A stretch of DNA of 64,000 nt from Chlorokybus atmophyticus (GCA_009103225.1 RHPI01002503.1:1-64000); one strand, 5' to 3'; positions 36,088 through 50,043 are shown, counted from the stretch's first letter. The notes: generated by a model not told the origin, from the letters alone. Program-made: numbers and translations.

Positions 36088-39000
36088 CAAGCGCTCCTTT
36101 GCAACATGTTGTGCAATCGTAATGAAGCTGTTACATTCAAAGGTGTGTCTTCAGGTGTAAGGTGTAAATGACACAACATTGCGCTAAAAGTGTATGCATA
36201 CATGATAGCAATTGATGTTAATTGTAAAACTAGCCATGCAAGCAATGAATTGAGTTTTGAAGAATTTTTTATGTAACCAGGATATCAAAAAAACCTCAAA
36301 AAGCTGCAAAAATGGCATATATTGCAGCTTGCAATGCATGACCATATTTAAAAATATACAACTCACATGGCCACATACAAGTACATGTATGAATTCATTT
36401 ATTTCGGCAGTTATGTTAAGACAGCCATGCTGATATTAGTTTTCGGCATGCTTATTTCAGCATGCATTACAGCAATCGGGAGTAACGGCATTACTCGTAC
36501 TTAGAAATTATGATTTGTTTACGTAATACCTATGTCAGAATATCACTATTATTAAAGAGTGTATGAATATTACGATAACGCTGCGTATTTACCCATAAGA
36601 ATGTACATGTGGAAAAACTCACAAATGCGATTATGCTTCATGTTAATAAACATATGGTTTAAGTTTAAGCTGCGATTTAACAATGTTATTGTCAAAGTAA
36701 AGTTTATTTAAGTGTTTCTTTAAGTAAAGTGTATATTTGTGGTTGATGTTCTCGTATATTATTGTTGGACACGCATTTCATGCAAACAACTACTTTGCAT
36801 TTTACTAGTGAAGTCAACATCTTTTTGGCAGATCATGTGGATGCATTGTTGTATAATATAATGTGGTTGGAATGTTATTACATTATGCAATGTATGTTTT
36901 AATCTTATACACATGCTATTCATTCATGCTTATGTGTGATATAAAATAAATAAAAGCATTGATACATGGTGGTGTAACTGTCGTCGATTGTAATTACATT
37001 ACATACATATTATCTGAATGATTTTGTGGTACATATGTGTAGTACAAGTGTAGCACATGTGGATAGTACAATAAAACAGCTGTACATGTACGTTAATATG
37101 AAACGCATGTACATTGTACGTATTTGAGTTATATCCAAATTCAGTGTAATAATCTATCCGTATCCTTGCAATTTAATCGGAATACAATTTTATGGTTGCG
37201 TTTAACTTATGGCGTTATGGCTTTTCATAACAAGCTTTTGTTATAAGACATTACCGTATTTACCCCATACAATCCTCGCCCATATATAGTCCCCCCAAGC
37301 AAAACCACGAGGGGATTGTGTTTGAACGACGTTCCCCCCTCCATTTTTATGTTGCCCCTGAGAGGGACTGTACTGACATGATATGTTAAACTGCCATGTA
37401 TATATGTCAACATCATAATCCACTACATATGCATGTGTTGATGATAAACAACATATTATGCATAGTACTACACATACTGAAGTATTACTATAATAAACAC
37501 AATCCGTCCTTTGCATTATTACATTATTGCATACCGTATGCAATATGTATGTAAAGTGACTTTGCATATTTCAGAATACATTTGCTTCATATTTTTTAGT
37601 ATGGCATAGATCATGTGAAATAAATTTAAGTTGTAACAGCGTATGTATGAAGGCTTGGTAGGAGTCGCGGGTTGCTAATGCGGCGCCAGAAGACTGGGTG
37701 CATCGCGCGGCAGCATGTATCACCACCGTTCGATGTAGATGATCGAACGGCCTGATGACGGTTGACCTCGTGATTCTGGCGGTCGACTGGCAGTCGACCT
37801 GCTTCCTGTTATAACGTGACCTCTACTGGCTGCAAACGACTAACAATCAAGCCGTCTACTTCGGTAAACTAACGAAACCAAGGGATAAAAACTCCCCCTT
37901 TTCATCAGTGGCTCACGTGTAATAGTTACACAAGAGCCTTTAAAGGTTTATATGTAGTAATTTTAATTGTTATTATCACTTGAGTCTATTACTACTGTGA
38001 AATTTAAGAGCTATCTACAGCACATATAAGCCTCAACAAATAGCCCTATATAGCGTTATTGTCACGAAATAGCAATTTTAACCCATCTTATTAAAAAAAT
38101 AAAAACTTAATAATTAGATACAATCTTTAACACTTTCAGCCCAACTTAACCATGCACATGCTTCATATATTCCTATAGCTTGCCATAAACAGGAGGTCCC
38201 AAGTTGATTGCAGTACGAGGCCACAACCGAGGGCACTGTACAACATACGAGTTTTTTACATTATCACAATTATTTCGCAATATTCTGGATCCTCGATTTT
38301 GAGGCCAACCGTATGCCTGCGTTCACAAAAACTTGTTAGAGATTGATACAACAACAGCAATACAGTAAGTGCTTTGCGTAATATGTCAACACATATGTAT
38401 CATACATAATATGTGAGTTGGTGTCGATGGGTGATACTACCTGTGTGTGCATGCGCGTGCTTGTGCGTATTGGAACTTGCCTATGTGGGCGTGCATTGTC
38501 GCTATAAGTATGTGTGTGCGTGCGTATATATGCGTGTGTGCAGTGCTCTGTGTGTACGCATAAACACGTGTGCACTTTTGTGCGTGCATGCGTGTGTGCA
38601 AGCGCGTGCGGGAGGGCGCCGGGGGAGGGGGGGGTGAATGCTGCTTATGCGTTTTACAAGGCATGGCACTCACCTGCCGGCCTGGCCGCCACCCTGGCTT
38701 GGCCTGGCCTGCGCCTGGTCGGCCAGTGCTTTGGCCTGGTTGCCGCCCTCGCCTGGCCTCCGTCTGCGCCCAATTGGCCACGCCTCCGCCTGGTTGCATG
38801 GACCACGCTGGAACGCGCCGCCTTGGCCTCCGCCGCCGCCGCCGCCGCCGGTGCTACGGGCACGTGAGCTGCGGGGGCAATCGACCAATCAAACGGTCAA
38901 CATGCCGGCACCTTGCCGGCTAGCGTCGCAAGCCTTCCTCACCTTACTGGCAACCCTGATAGAGTCCCCGGTTTTGATACAGTCCCCCTTTGATTTTGCC

Positions 39001-39399
39001 GGGGGGGGGGTCTGTATACCAGGGGGCATTCTGTTAGGGCGGGGGGACTACATTGTGAGCGTAGCACAGTCACCGCTCAGATACGTCGTTAGCGTCGGAC
39101 GACGTATCTGCGTAGATAACTTGACCCGCTCCGGTTACGCTATCAACTGTAACCCAACGGCGGCAGGTTGCTGCCGACTTGCTGTATTAAGCGCCCACAT
39201 GCAAGTGCATGTATTGCACATTTATACATGCTGTGATACTATTTCGGACTGTTTCATCAATGTGATGATCTTTTATGTGTGTGACATGTTCTTAATACCT
39301 GCCGACACAATGAGTGCATAAGTGACGCAGGCCGGATTCCCACCAGAGTAGCCGCTGGCATGCTGCACGTGGGCGTGAAGCGCGCAAATTTCCAACGCA

Positions 39400-39720
39400 C
39401 GCTGCGATGAGCAGCCGATGGAGGCTGCTGGGCAGCTGAACCTGAAGTGCCCTCCCGCGTCATGAAAGCTGATGGCGGCCGCCGCCAAGAACGTAACCGC
39501 GTGAACAAGCTGTTAAACACCTTGGATTTAGAAACTGTCGTCCATTGTCCTTACAATCAGCCTCAAACCTACCTACTTTCAGGTTCCAAGCTCTGCAGTG
39601 GGCAGGTCGATGTGACACTCGAAACCTACAATCCCGTGCGCCATTCATACATCGGATCCGTGTCCTGTTGTCGGTCTGGATATAGGCTTGGACATCAGCT
39701 GAGCTGCGCAAACGAAGCAT
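39400..39720 (-). pseudogene. Possible MuDR/MULE transposase N-terminal Zn-finger relic
   Basis: YIQTDNRTRIRCMNGARDCRFRVSHRPAHCRAWNLK|VFN follows the MuDR pattern (sD..R...C....C.wR..as......W.ik) but lacks the terminal HxC. A GT-AG intron follows. Confidence 0.35.
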
Positions 39721-39907
39721 TGGTTGGCGGTAGTAGCGGCGGTGGTGTCGGCGGCGGGGTGAGCGGGCGTGGCTCCGGTGGTGTGCGTGCCCTCGGGCTT
39801 GGAGGTACGGGGAGTTTGCCGAGCGGCTATGTTTGGCGGCTCACGGGGCGGTGCAGTGGCAGCGGCGGCGGCGGTTGAACTGGCGGCAGTAGGCCAATCC
39901 CGGCTTC

Positions 39908-39941
39908 GCCACGTGGCAGTGGGCGGTGCCTGCCACGTGGC
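39908..39941. promoter_or_regulatory. Two perfect palindromic G-boxes (GCCACGTGGC) about 600 bp upstream of MRS2
   Basis: At 39908-39917 and 39932-39941; CCAAT at about 39893. Confidence 0.5.
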
Positions 39942-40511
39942 TACCCGCAACCTGGAGGCTGCAGCGCCCATTGCTCCGGGCAGCGCCCATCGTCTGAGCC
40001 TCCTGCAGCGACTGGCACGGTCTGCTTCACGCGAAACCCCAAGCAGCGTCCTCACCTGCTGCCTTAAGGGTTCTTCCTCTCTGGACTGTGGCCAAACCCT
40101 CAACTATGCAGCCCTTTCACTTAGGTCTGGCTTCGCCGGTCGTCAGCCCGGCGATTCATGCCCAAGTAAGTTGAAACGTTGCTCAGCTGTGTTTGGGAAT
40201 TGGAGCCTTCAGCTGTGACACTACAGATTGTTTGTCAAGCTGTTAGGACGTGTTACAACACAATTCGTGTTGTAACGCGGACCCGGACTGGTGTGTGCGT
40301 CGACATGTGCATCAGTGGTATGGCTGCATCCAGATCTTTACTTGATCACCACTGCCATGTTGCAAGCACTGGCGGTGTCTTGCATTACCCGTTGGTCGGC
40401 GATTGGTCTCGTCAGTCAATGTCCTGTAGCAGCCTCTACTACGTGCATTATGACCATACTGGCGTCTGCCATTGGAACCCCAAGCTTACACTGGTGTCGC
40501 CTCAGGCGGGC

Positions 40512-42050
40512 ATGGCTGTCAAGCCTGAGCGCATGCAGTCGCCCAGTGCTCAGCACATGTTGGCCGATGGTATGCCCATCCTTTCCTCGGCAAATGACCT
40601 GCAAAGCCTTGTCAAGAAGCTTGGCGCCACATCCCGTACATGGCTGCGATTTGACAGCGAGGGCGGTTCTTGCCTTATGGAGGCAGACAAGCATGCTATC
40701 ATGCAGGTTTGTGCGTAGTAAAGTTATCATTAACAGATGCGCTGCCATGAACAGATCGTATTGTTTGATGATCTGCATCAGTAACAAGAATTGTTCATGC
40801 TTCCAGAGGGTAGGTGTACCCGCACGCGATCTCCGTATGCTGGACCCACAGTTGACGTACCCGTCAACAATACTGGTGCGCGACCGTGGGCTTGTCCTCA
40901 ACTTGGAGCACATCAAGGCGATCATAGGCACGGACGAGGTCCTGCTGCTGAACTCCTCCTCAGAACAGGTCGCTCCGCTCGTTGAAGAGATGCGAAAACG
41001 ACTCCGTCGTTGTGGTGCTGGCTTTGATCATGGTGATGAGCAGCCCAAAGCTGTTGGCAGGCATGCTGGCATGCTCAGTGACGATGAAAGTGCTGCGGAC
41101 TCTGACAGTGTGATGTCGCCTGGCTCTCGACAAGCCAGACAAACCCCGCGTTCAGCAACCAGAGGAGAGGCTGTCCTCCCTCTTGAGTTTCGTGCCTTGG
41201 AAGTGGTACTTGAGCATGTGTGCGGCATGCTTGACACTCAGACTCAGGAGCTCAAGACAGGCATGTACCAAGCTCTCGATGCTCTCACCTTCAAGGTCAC
41301 GAGTCTCAATCTGGAGCGCGTCCGTCGGCTGAAGAATAGGATGACCAGACTCACTGCGCGAGTGCAGAAAGTCAGGGAAGAGTTGGAGTCTCTTCTCGAT
41401 GACGATGAGGACATGGCTGACATGTATCTGACCCGCAAGTTGATGCCTCCCATGTCGCCTGCCACCTTGTCCACACCTGCTTCAAGGCGCTCCACGCGCT
41501 CTAGCAAGTCCTCCAAGTCGGAACAGTCCAACGCGCCACCAGATGTGCAGGAACTGGAGATGCTTCTGGAGGTGTTCTTCACACAGGTTAGTGGCGCACA
41601 TTGCCAACCACATGACTGCAGCACTTGCGTTTTCAGCATGCAGTGCCTGCAACTACAGTGGACATTGGTTTGCATATGCGCTTGCTACCTTTCTGCTGCG
41701 TAGATTTCCTGTTCCTTGACGGTGGTTGCGCGGTGCAGATGGATGGTGTCTACAACCAGCTAACTGCACTGCGTGAGTATATAGACGATACTGAGGATTA
41801 CATCAACATAGAGCTTGACAACCACCGCAACCAGCTCATCCAGCTGCAACTCGTGCTTTCCACTGCCACCTTCACCCTCAGTATTACTGGTCTGGTGGCG
41901 GGCGTTTTTGGCATGAATGTGCCGTTTGATTGGAATGGCAGCAGGGGAGTGTTTTATCCAGTCGTTGGGCTTTCCTTTTTTGCCAGCTTCGCGCTTTTCT
42001 TCCTTTTCACTGGGTTTTTGAGGTGGAAGCGCGTGCTTTGCGTCGGCTAG
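40512..42050 (+). CDS. MRS2: MRS2/CorA-type magnesium transporter; exons 40512-40706, 40807-41586, 41739-42050
   Basis: ADKHAIMQRVGVPARDLRMLDP, TILVRDRGLVLNLEHIKAII, LPLEFRALEVVLE, QKVREELESLLDDDEDMADMYLT, ELEMLLEVFF, IDDTEDYINIELDNHRNQLIQ, GVFGMN. Confidence 0.95.
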
Positions 42051-43689
42051 CCCATTTCTATCAGCTCATAACCATCAGATGCGTTGCCACCAGCCTCCTA
42101 GTAGTCAAGTGCGCGCCGCAAGTGGTTGTCGCTGTAAAAATCTTTGCTGTAAGTGTTTGGCGGCATGGACACTTTGCATAATGACGAATGCCCTTGGAAA
42201 GCAGTAGGTGTTGCCCGACATACTCCTGAATTGCTGAGTCACGCAGAACGAAGCGTGTAGTCTGTGGGGGAGAGAAAATGCTGTATCCCCATGTGCTGTC
42301 TTAGCATGCGGACTGGCAGTGATAGTGCTGCTTGCAATTGTACAGCACCAGTACGCCAGGCAGTGATGATAAGTAGGTATGGCTGCTTTACCCTGCTGTT
42401 GTAATTTGGCAGTGTTGCTGAGCAGCTTGTTCAATGTGTTATGTTTACATCTGTTCAACTCTACTGCTCGGTTGTGCATGCCGTCCGTGGTGCACAGCAT
42501 GGCATGGGTGTTGCCTGTGTACAAATGCCGCATATAGGGTGCAAGCTTGACATTGAGGCAAGTGCGTAGGCAAGCAAGGGTAATGCAGCAAAAGCAGGCA
42601 GCATATGCGCATGTGCATCATTAGCAATTTCGCCTTGCATTTGTGGCGATGTGTGATTGCATGTTTCTGATCTGCTTTTACTAAATTGCTGTACTTTACA
42701 ATCACAATTGATTGGTTACCTAGCTTTAAGTGCTGCGATGTATACAAGTCAGTGCATAAAAATCTGGAAAAGTCATCATAAACCAATAGACCAATAAGCA
42801 AGCATAACAAATTGTGCGAAACGGGTTTAGATGATTGGCTTATTGATATGCATATATTATACTACTGCCCTTGAACTAACTGATTGCCTAGATGTAAGCT
42901 GCAATGCATACGAGCCAGTGCTTGAGCAGTACATAAACCAACGGAATAAAAAACAAGCACGACAAGTTGTGTGCAACGGGTTGAAGAGGTGGCTTCTCAT
43001 CGCTGAGCAGCAACAATAAAAATGCCATACATGTCACTGCAACGAGGTGCAGTACAACAGTCAAAGCTTATTAGCTGTTGGGCGGAGCTCGCTCGGTTCA
43101 ACAACATCACAATCTACCTACGATTCTACCTACCTTAGCAACACTTCAACTCACGAAGTCGCGGCGAGACGAGCTCAATGTAACCATGTGCATATGTGTA
43201 ACCATGTACATATGTGTTTTAATGTGATAGCTCAGCAGTTGATGCAGGATAGCGCTTGGTTGAGTAGTTGCCATGCTCATGGTAGTGCAGCGGGGCCATC
43301 AGAGCAAACACAGCAGGACAACAAGCACACATGCACTTAAGCAGTGTTGTTCACAAGCGATGGTATGCCAGATACAAGCATGCACAAGGTTGAATGGAGG
43401 GGCCACAAACCATCATAAACCAGCAGGCATGCATAGGGTATGAGTCATACTCGCAAGAGTTGCAAGCCAGCATGCAGTCCGTGCTCACAGCAGCCAACAG
43501 TCACAGTCACATAAGCTAGCAAGCAAGGCCATACACTTGCATTACACCCAGGGCCAATCTACCACTATGCGCTAAATGACCTATGTGCAATGCCGTTGGT
43601 AAAGCAGGTAGCAGCCGCGACAGCAAACACCAATCAACCAACCAACCTGAGTGCACAAGCGTAGGCACAGTCAGCGTTGAAGTGAAGGC

Positions 43690-45970
43690 TTAGTGTAGAC
43701 GCACATCAAGGACGTGCGATGTGGTTTGTGTGATGGTGTGCTGGGTGTGCACTACGCCCGCCCTCTTCCCCGCCACTCTCTCCCCCGCTCTGGTGTTGCT
43801 CTGGCGGCTAGTTAGGGTTTCGACGCCGGCAGTAGTCAGTCTCAGGTCGTAGGCAGTAGTCGTTAACAGGCCAGTTGGTGTCATGTTATCAGTCAGTCAT
43901 GAAGGGGACAGTCCTTGAGCATGGATGCCATGGTAATTGGGTACACTCATACACAACGCACAATGGCAATATCACCATAGCAACAGCTACCAAGCAGACT
44001 CTATCGGACTGCATGAGGGCAGACCAGCTGCTCCCCTTATGCACGAGCTCACCTGCACCTACCTGTCACCCTGGTTGCCTCGCAGTCGCACCTACGGGTT
44101 GTTGCGGCATGCCCTCACAAGCTTTAACCTCCTGCAGATACAGCTGCAACGGTGAGAGGTCATATGTCCCCGGTTGCCTTGCCATCTTCGCCCTCGGTTT
44201 ATTCAGTAGGACATGCTTCCCGCAGCGATATGAACACATGGCTGCTACCAGCCGTTTCATTTCCCAGAGGAAATGGGGTCTGAATGTACACACTCTGGTG
44301 AACCTGACATGCCAGGACACAACCATGTTCATCTTAATCACAATGGCAAGATCAGATAGTGGATGCGGAGCCCGCAACACATGCACTGACTGAAATGCTA
44401 GCTCCCGTAACTTGTCATACAACCTGGTGCAAACACCATGGTTAGCTGTCAAGGTCAGCAAGTTCAACAAGGTCACTGCTGTTTTTGATGCTATTTGTGA
44501 TAGGGTCAGCATGTTCTGTGGGTAAATACCACCAGCAAGTGCACCATCTGCCATGTACATGAACTCAAGAAACTTGGGCAATGCAATCACTAGCAAGTCA
44601 TCCACAAACCGTAAGACACAGTGTGCCAGCCTGAGGAAGAGGGGCCTGTCTATCAAGGGTCGCAACCGTCGCAGCCTCCCGAGCTCATAAGCAAAGGTAA
44701 TAGTTTGCCAAGTATACACCCACACAGTTTCCCATTACAAGGCCAATGCGCTGCCTGTGCAATGTATCCTTGGCAGCCTGCGCGAACAGGTTGACACAAA
44801 CAAACTGCAACAGTGTGTGCAGCAAGTCCTCTGTGAGAATTTTGTGATATTAGTGCTTGCTATGACCGCTGAGCCAGCAGCCAACCTATGTGTCACCACA
44901 CCTGCGGTCACTGTGACATGCAGTGCTAATGCTCTGCATTGCCTGCGCATGTAGTCAAACACCTTATGCATCACCATGGCCAGGTTGTGCAACAGGTCAT
45001 CATGTGGGTTGTTAGTGTACAACGTGGTGAAGTCATAGGTTGGCAACTGCAAGAACTCACGCTTCTCTTCATGAGTGCGTGCGGTGTTGAGGTAGGTCTG
45101 TAGCTGCATGGTGTCAAGCACATGCAGTGTGTTAAGCTTGGTTGGCGCTATGTCTTTGAGACTTGAACCTTGTGCACATTCACTATGAGATATACAGATA
45201 GACTACCATCAGCACCTAGCACACAGACACTCTGCTTCATTGCAACTGGAAACCCTCAACAGCATTCACGAAGAGATCAACACATCTACAGTGACATCCG
45301 TTGTGAGTATCCATGCCGTTGATCCATGCATGACAAAAAAGGGGGCGGTAGGACTTGGAGCAGAGTGCAGCATGGACTTAGCCCAATGGTCGTGTATGAG
45401 GCATGAGGTGCATGTGGCTTGCTGTATTTGGTGTATAGGAGATGATACGCTTCATTAAGGTGTGGCTTTGGATTGTTTATAACTGCCTCGCGCATCCTGT
45501 ACACCGCATCATGGCGGGCAAAGCAACAAGCTGCAGTCCTAAGGCAGCATTTGACACTGAAAGCAGTCAGGACATCACAAATCAGCTTGTACTCTAGCAC
45601 TTGCTCCATTGCAGGCGCCCCACCGCTCCAGCCTGCACACGCTGTAGCACACCAGCAACCCACTGCCCAATTATACACAAGAAGCCTGCCATCATGTGCA
45701 ACTCCATCACGCGAGTCTACACTGCACAAGCTGCACAACTGCAGCAGATTATCAAAAGGCGTCCTGAAGTGCCATGTCTTCAACCCCATCGGATTGAAGC
45801 GCAACGGGGCGCAGTCACACTACATGTGCGCTGGCAGGCATGTGCTGACTGTGCCTGGGCAGTGTGCATGTGTGCGCGCTCGTGCGCTTGGGAGTTGAGG
45901 TGGGGGCGTTGGGGCTGTGCTGCTTCCGCAAGTTGCGCAAGCAATCCTTGCTGTTATGATGTACTATGAT
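43690..45970 (-). mobile_element. Decayed, 5'-truncated Penelope-like retroelement (Chlamys/Naiad-type RT) with frameshifts and stops
   Basis: YDFTTLYTNNPHDDL, frameshifted QRIGLVMGNCVGVYLANYYL-FAYE, RFVDDLL, GIYP, TRLYDKLRE and VRFTRVC match PLE RT/thumb motifs (DFSTLYT, GIPMGTNCAP, RYIDD, YDKRDDF). No GIY-YIG is visible. Boundaries are approximate. Confidence 0.8.
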
Positions 45971-46092
45971 CGCATATGCCCTTCAACCAACGAGTTCAGG
46001 TTGGCGGAAGATGCCAACATAAAAGTGACTTGCATTAACATTTAACATATTCGACCAAGCCGCATGGCCCTCAGGTTGGTAGCACACTACTC

Positions 46093-47745
46093 TCATGGCC
46101 GCGGTCTCCTGTTGATTGCTGCCAGTTTCAGATCACGCTCAGCTTCATACTCCCGCAACTCTGACCTCTGCAAGAAGGCTACTTTCTCCGTGTATTTGTC
46201 CCCACTCTTCTTGTGCTCCTCTAGTTCTTGTGACGTCCCCTCTTTGTCTTTGAGGGTGCCCCAGTCCATCCGCGTCTTGTCCAAAACATTCATTTTCCTC
46301 TGAGACACAATGACACTGACAAGTGAGCAATGCTGCCCCAACTTTACTGATGAAGTAGTGCGAGTGCAGTGTTGCAACTAACTTATTGTAACATGCCTTC
46401 TTCTCAATAGACTGCAGCAAGGAATCCAAGGCGGAATCTGAGTGGGCGGCGAAAGAACCTTCTTGGTCCGTTCTGCATGAAACAGCAACAACCCGCATCA
46501 GCATCTACACACACAGTTGCACGTCACAACTTGTGGCATACTACAGACCAAGCACCACATACTGTGCCACATACTTGCGCTTAGCAGCAGCAGCAGCCTC
46601 TTTTGTGTTTGGATCCAGTAACCTTGTTACCCTGTCGTGACACAACCGTTCAGGCCATGTCAACAGGTTGGTCATCCTTTGAAGGTAATGGTTCCGGACC
46701 TGAACTGATTTGCTGGTTCAACAACAAAGCAGTCGTACCTTACTGTCTCGCCAGCAAAGTCCCGGGTCTCTGTGACTGCAAGTTTATTGCTGGTGTCGGG
46801 CACTGATGCCACTGCAGCTTTCGCCGCCGCCAGTGCAGCGGCAGCCAGTGCTGTGGAGCTGCCTGAGGTGCCTGCACTATCTGTGCTTTTCTCTGCACTG
46901 CTCCTGGCCACCTTCCCTAGGTTTGCTAACCATGGCTGCCATAATTCACAGAAATTGTGATAACCACGCTGTGATGCACGATGCTGCTGCACACTACCAA
47001 CAAGCGACAAGCAGACGCACCTCCGACTTGAAACCTGGTTTGTGCTGCTGCTCCTGCTTAGCTGGTGTGACTGATGTGCGAACGGGTGCCTTATTCAGTT
47101 GTGCCCATATGGCTTCTACCTTGCTTTTGCGTGCTGCGTTCAAACATCATACACTTGAGTCAAACAGCCAGTACAGCAGGCACCGACCTGAACCTTCTGT
47201 AATGCCATGCTGCACATCATTATTGGCAGTGTAGCTACCTGCAGCTTGTGGATCCTGTACAGTAGTGTTCTCTGTCGTTGCGGCCTTTAATTGAGCAACG
47301 TCTTGCGCTGTGTCGGCTTCAGATTGCACCAAGGCACCTCGGCGACTGCTGCACGCACCAGCAGCGACAGCTAAGCGCAGGAAACCAACAACAGACTTCA
47401 GTCGCGGAGCGCATGCCGAAGAGCATGAACAGTGGCAGATTTCGAGGGGCGTGCAAGCACGACACCGCTGCACTGCAACCTGAAGTCCCACACAGTAAGC
47501 CTAGTTGTTGGCTACTTCTAAGCAGCAAATGCGAGCTAGTGCACATGACGGAGACAGGCGCTGCTGGTTGCTGCATGCAAAGTCCCAGCATTGACTTTGA
47601 CAGCACACCTGCGCTGTGGTGGCTTGAGCTTGCTAGTGCCGTTCTGCTCTGCCCTCTGCGCCTCCTCGTCCGCGCCCGGGTTGTAGTCCTGATCGTCCTC
47701 CTCGTCGGAGTCCAACTCCGCCTCCTGCTCCTTCAGCTTGTCCAT
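46093..47745 (-). CDS. SWC5: BCNT-domain protein (SWR1 complex subunit SWC5/CFDP1)
   Basis: N-terminal DSDEEDDQDYNP, VTETRDFAGETV, ALDSLLQSIEKK and C-terminal KKMNVLDKTRMDW...ELEEHKKSGDKYTEKVAFLQRSELREYEAERD. Confidence 0.9.
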
Positions 47746-50043
47746 GACGGCCAGGAGCACAACACACCGAAGGCCCAATCCCAACCACTAAGCAGCACAC
47801 AGACCACACTTCAGGCTATACACAACAATGTCAGATACGTCAACTACCCCGATCACCTCGCTGCTGAGCTCAACGACCAGGCCAACTCCACCACCAGTGA
47901 GGCGGCGACAGCAGCAAGCTGCTGCCGCATACGGAGCCAAGAGCTGACGTCGATATCATGCCAATTTCTGGCATGTCATCTGACAGCGATATCGACGTCA
48001 GGGATGCAGCGCTGTACGGTTGTTGGGCACCTAGCCTGGCCCTCCTGACAAGGACGCACCTGCACGCGAAGTTGGCTCAGGCAAGCTGCCTGGCCTTCGA
48101 GTTCAGCTTGTGACGGTGGTCATTGATTACCACGGTCAGGTGGTTAGGCCACACAAACCCAAGGGCAGCTACTCGCCATGCATAGGGTAAATCTAGGTCG
48201 GTAATGCACAGTCATGCAAACACACTCTCTCTCTACCATTGCGTGTGGATTGACACGTATGCTAGCAAACGCATTATGCATATCTGTGCAACTTCTACCA
48301 ATTGAGACACACACACATATTCATAGTTGAAGCAGCAAGCACGAAGTGCACAATGGACATGGCATGGGCAGGCAGCTTCACTTCTAGCAGGCGCGGAGAC
48401 CAGATGCTCTGGTGCATGCATAATGCACCCCAGCGATGGCGTCACACTTCAAGAATTGCTCAACTTTGGCAATTATTCATGCACCCGCCAACATCAAAAT
48501 GCATTTTCATCTATCTGTTTAAGTTCTGTGGTTGTGCGTTAACCATGCAATAACAGCACTTGGTTAACACCATAGCACTTGGTTAACATTGAATGCTATG
48601 CCCACATAGCGTGAGCATTTTACCAAGGTGTTTGACAATGTGCACATGCGCGTAGGGCACGTAGTGGGTAGCAAGAGGCCTTAAGTGTAAGTAGCTATAG
48701 GCTAATGCTATCTACTTACTAGCTCGTATACTGTCATGATGAGTGTTGAGCGAGTATATGTATTGTAGTATACGTATTATAAGCGTTGGCATACACTACT
48801 ATGCACGCTGGTCGTGTACAGTACATACTTAATACATGCCGGCTTATTGTCAATGATGTATTGTAAAACTTCAATCGCATGTATCCACATATCGTTAATG
48901 AAATATGAAGCATCAAGGCAAACTAGCTTGGTGCTAACAATGTATTCTGGTCATGTGGCCTATTGCAGCCCCGACTATCCAATCTCATGTGTTTATTACA
49001 TAAACTTTGCACACAGTATATAGCGTATGATGGCGGGCTTTTACATTTAAAGAGCTTGGCCAAAGTAACGTGTATGCGAGTGTACAGGCGAAACACATAT
49101 ACTAATATTTGCTGCTGTCTGCTGCCTACTTGTGTCTTGTGCTTGCATGCTTTCTCTCTCCTGCTACGCCGGTAACTAAGCTGCTGCTCCTTGCTCAAGC
49201 CGTCCACCTTTGCACATACAATTGCACGCCCATAGGTCCAGCCCCCCATAGTGTAGTTGCTTCGTTGTGCGGGTTTGTGCTTGGCTTGTGGCCGTTTATT
49301 CAATTTTGCTATGCCTTGTTTACTAATGGCCTCGAATGCTCTACCATATGCTTTGCAAGTAGGGTACAGGTTAGCCTATATGTGAATGCAGGTTTAATGG
49401 TCTTAATTTGTGATGGTTCATGACCGACGGTGTAAAAGGCCCTTATCGCCCTATACCACGGGCCTGGAAGAGCTGCCGTGTTACTCGTTATCAGAGCCAA
49501 GGAAAGTGCAAGTGCGCGAGATAGTTTAGTAGTTTTCATCACGGAAAACAAAACTGCTGGCCCTGCAACACGTTTTCCGAGGTTCTTTTGAGGTTTTCCC
49601 GTTCACACCGTGTGAATCACACGTCGTGGTTGGTGCTTTCCACGCCGTTCTAACAAAAAGCTCCCTTTGCGCGGGCATGACAGCTTTTCCCTCCGATACG
49701 GACCAGTTTTTTCACGTGCGTGCGCCACCTGTCGATCTCCCGCCAACGTCGCCGCCGCCGCCGCCACCGGGTGAGGCTCCAGCGTGGCAGCCTTGGCGTC
49801 GTAAGGGTCCTTGTCAAGTGGGAAGGAGGTGACAGTGCGCCACGTGTTGGACGTGGACGGGGTGGAGGAGAAGCGGCAGGGGCAGCAGTGATAGCTGGCG
49901 TGGTCAGTGGAGTGGCTGCGTGTGGTGGCCTGGCGCTGGAGCTCAGGCTAGGGTTTGTGGAAAGAGTCTGGCTCGGGCAAGGTGGGTTCTGCGGCACTGG
50001 AGGACAGGCGTTGTGTTGCCAAGGGCACGCGTGAGGGGGCGCC

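Noticed and set aside
49590-49670. MSA (AACGG) and E2F-like sites upstream of MAD2
   Set aside because: Only core matches without the consensus flanks; expected by chance.
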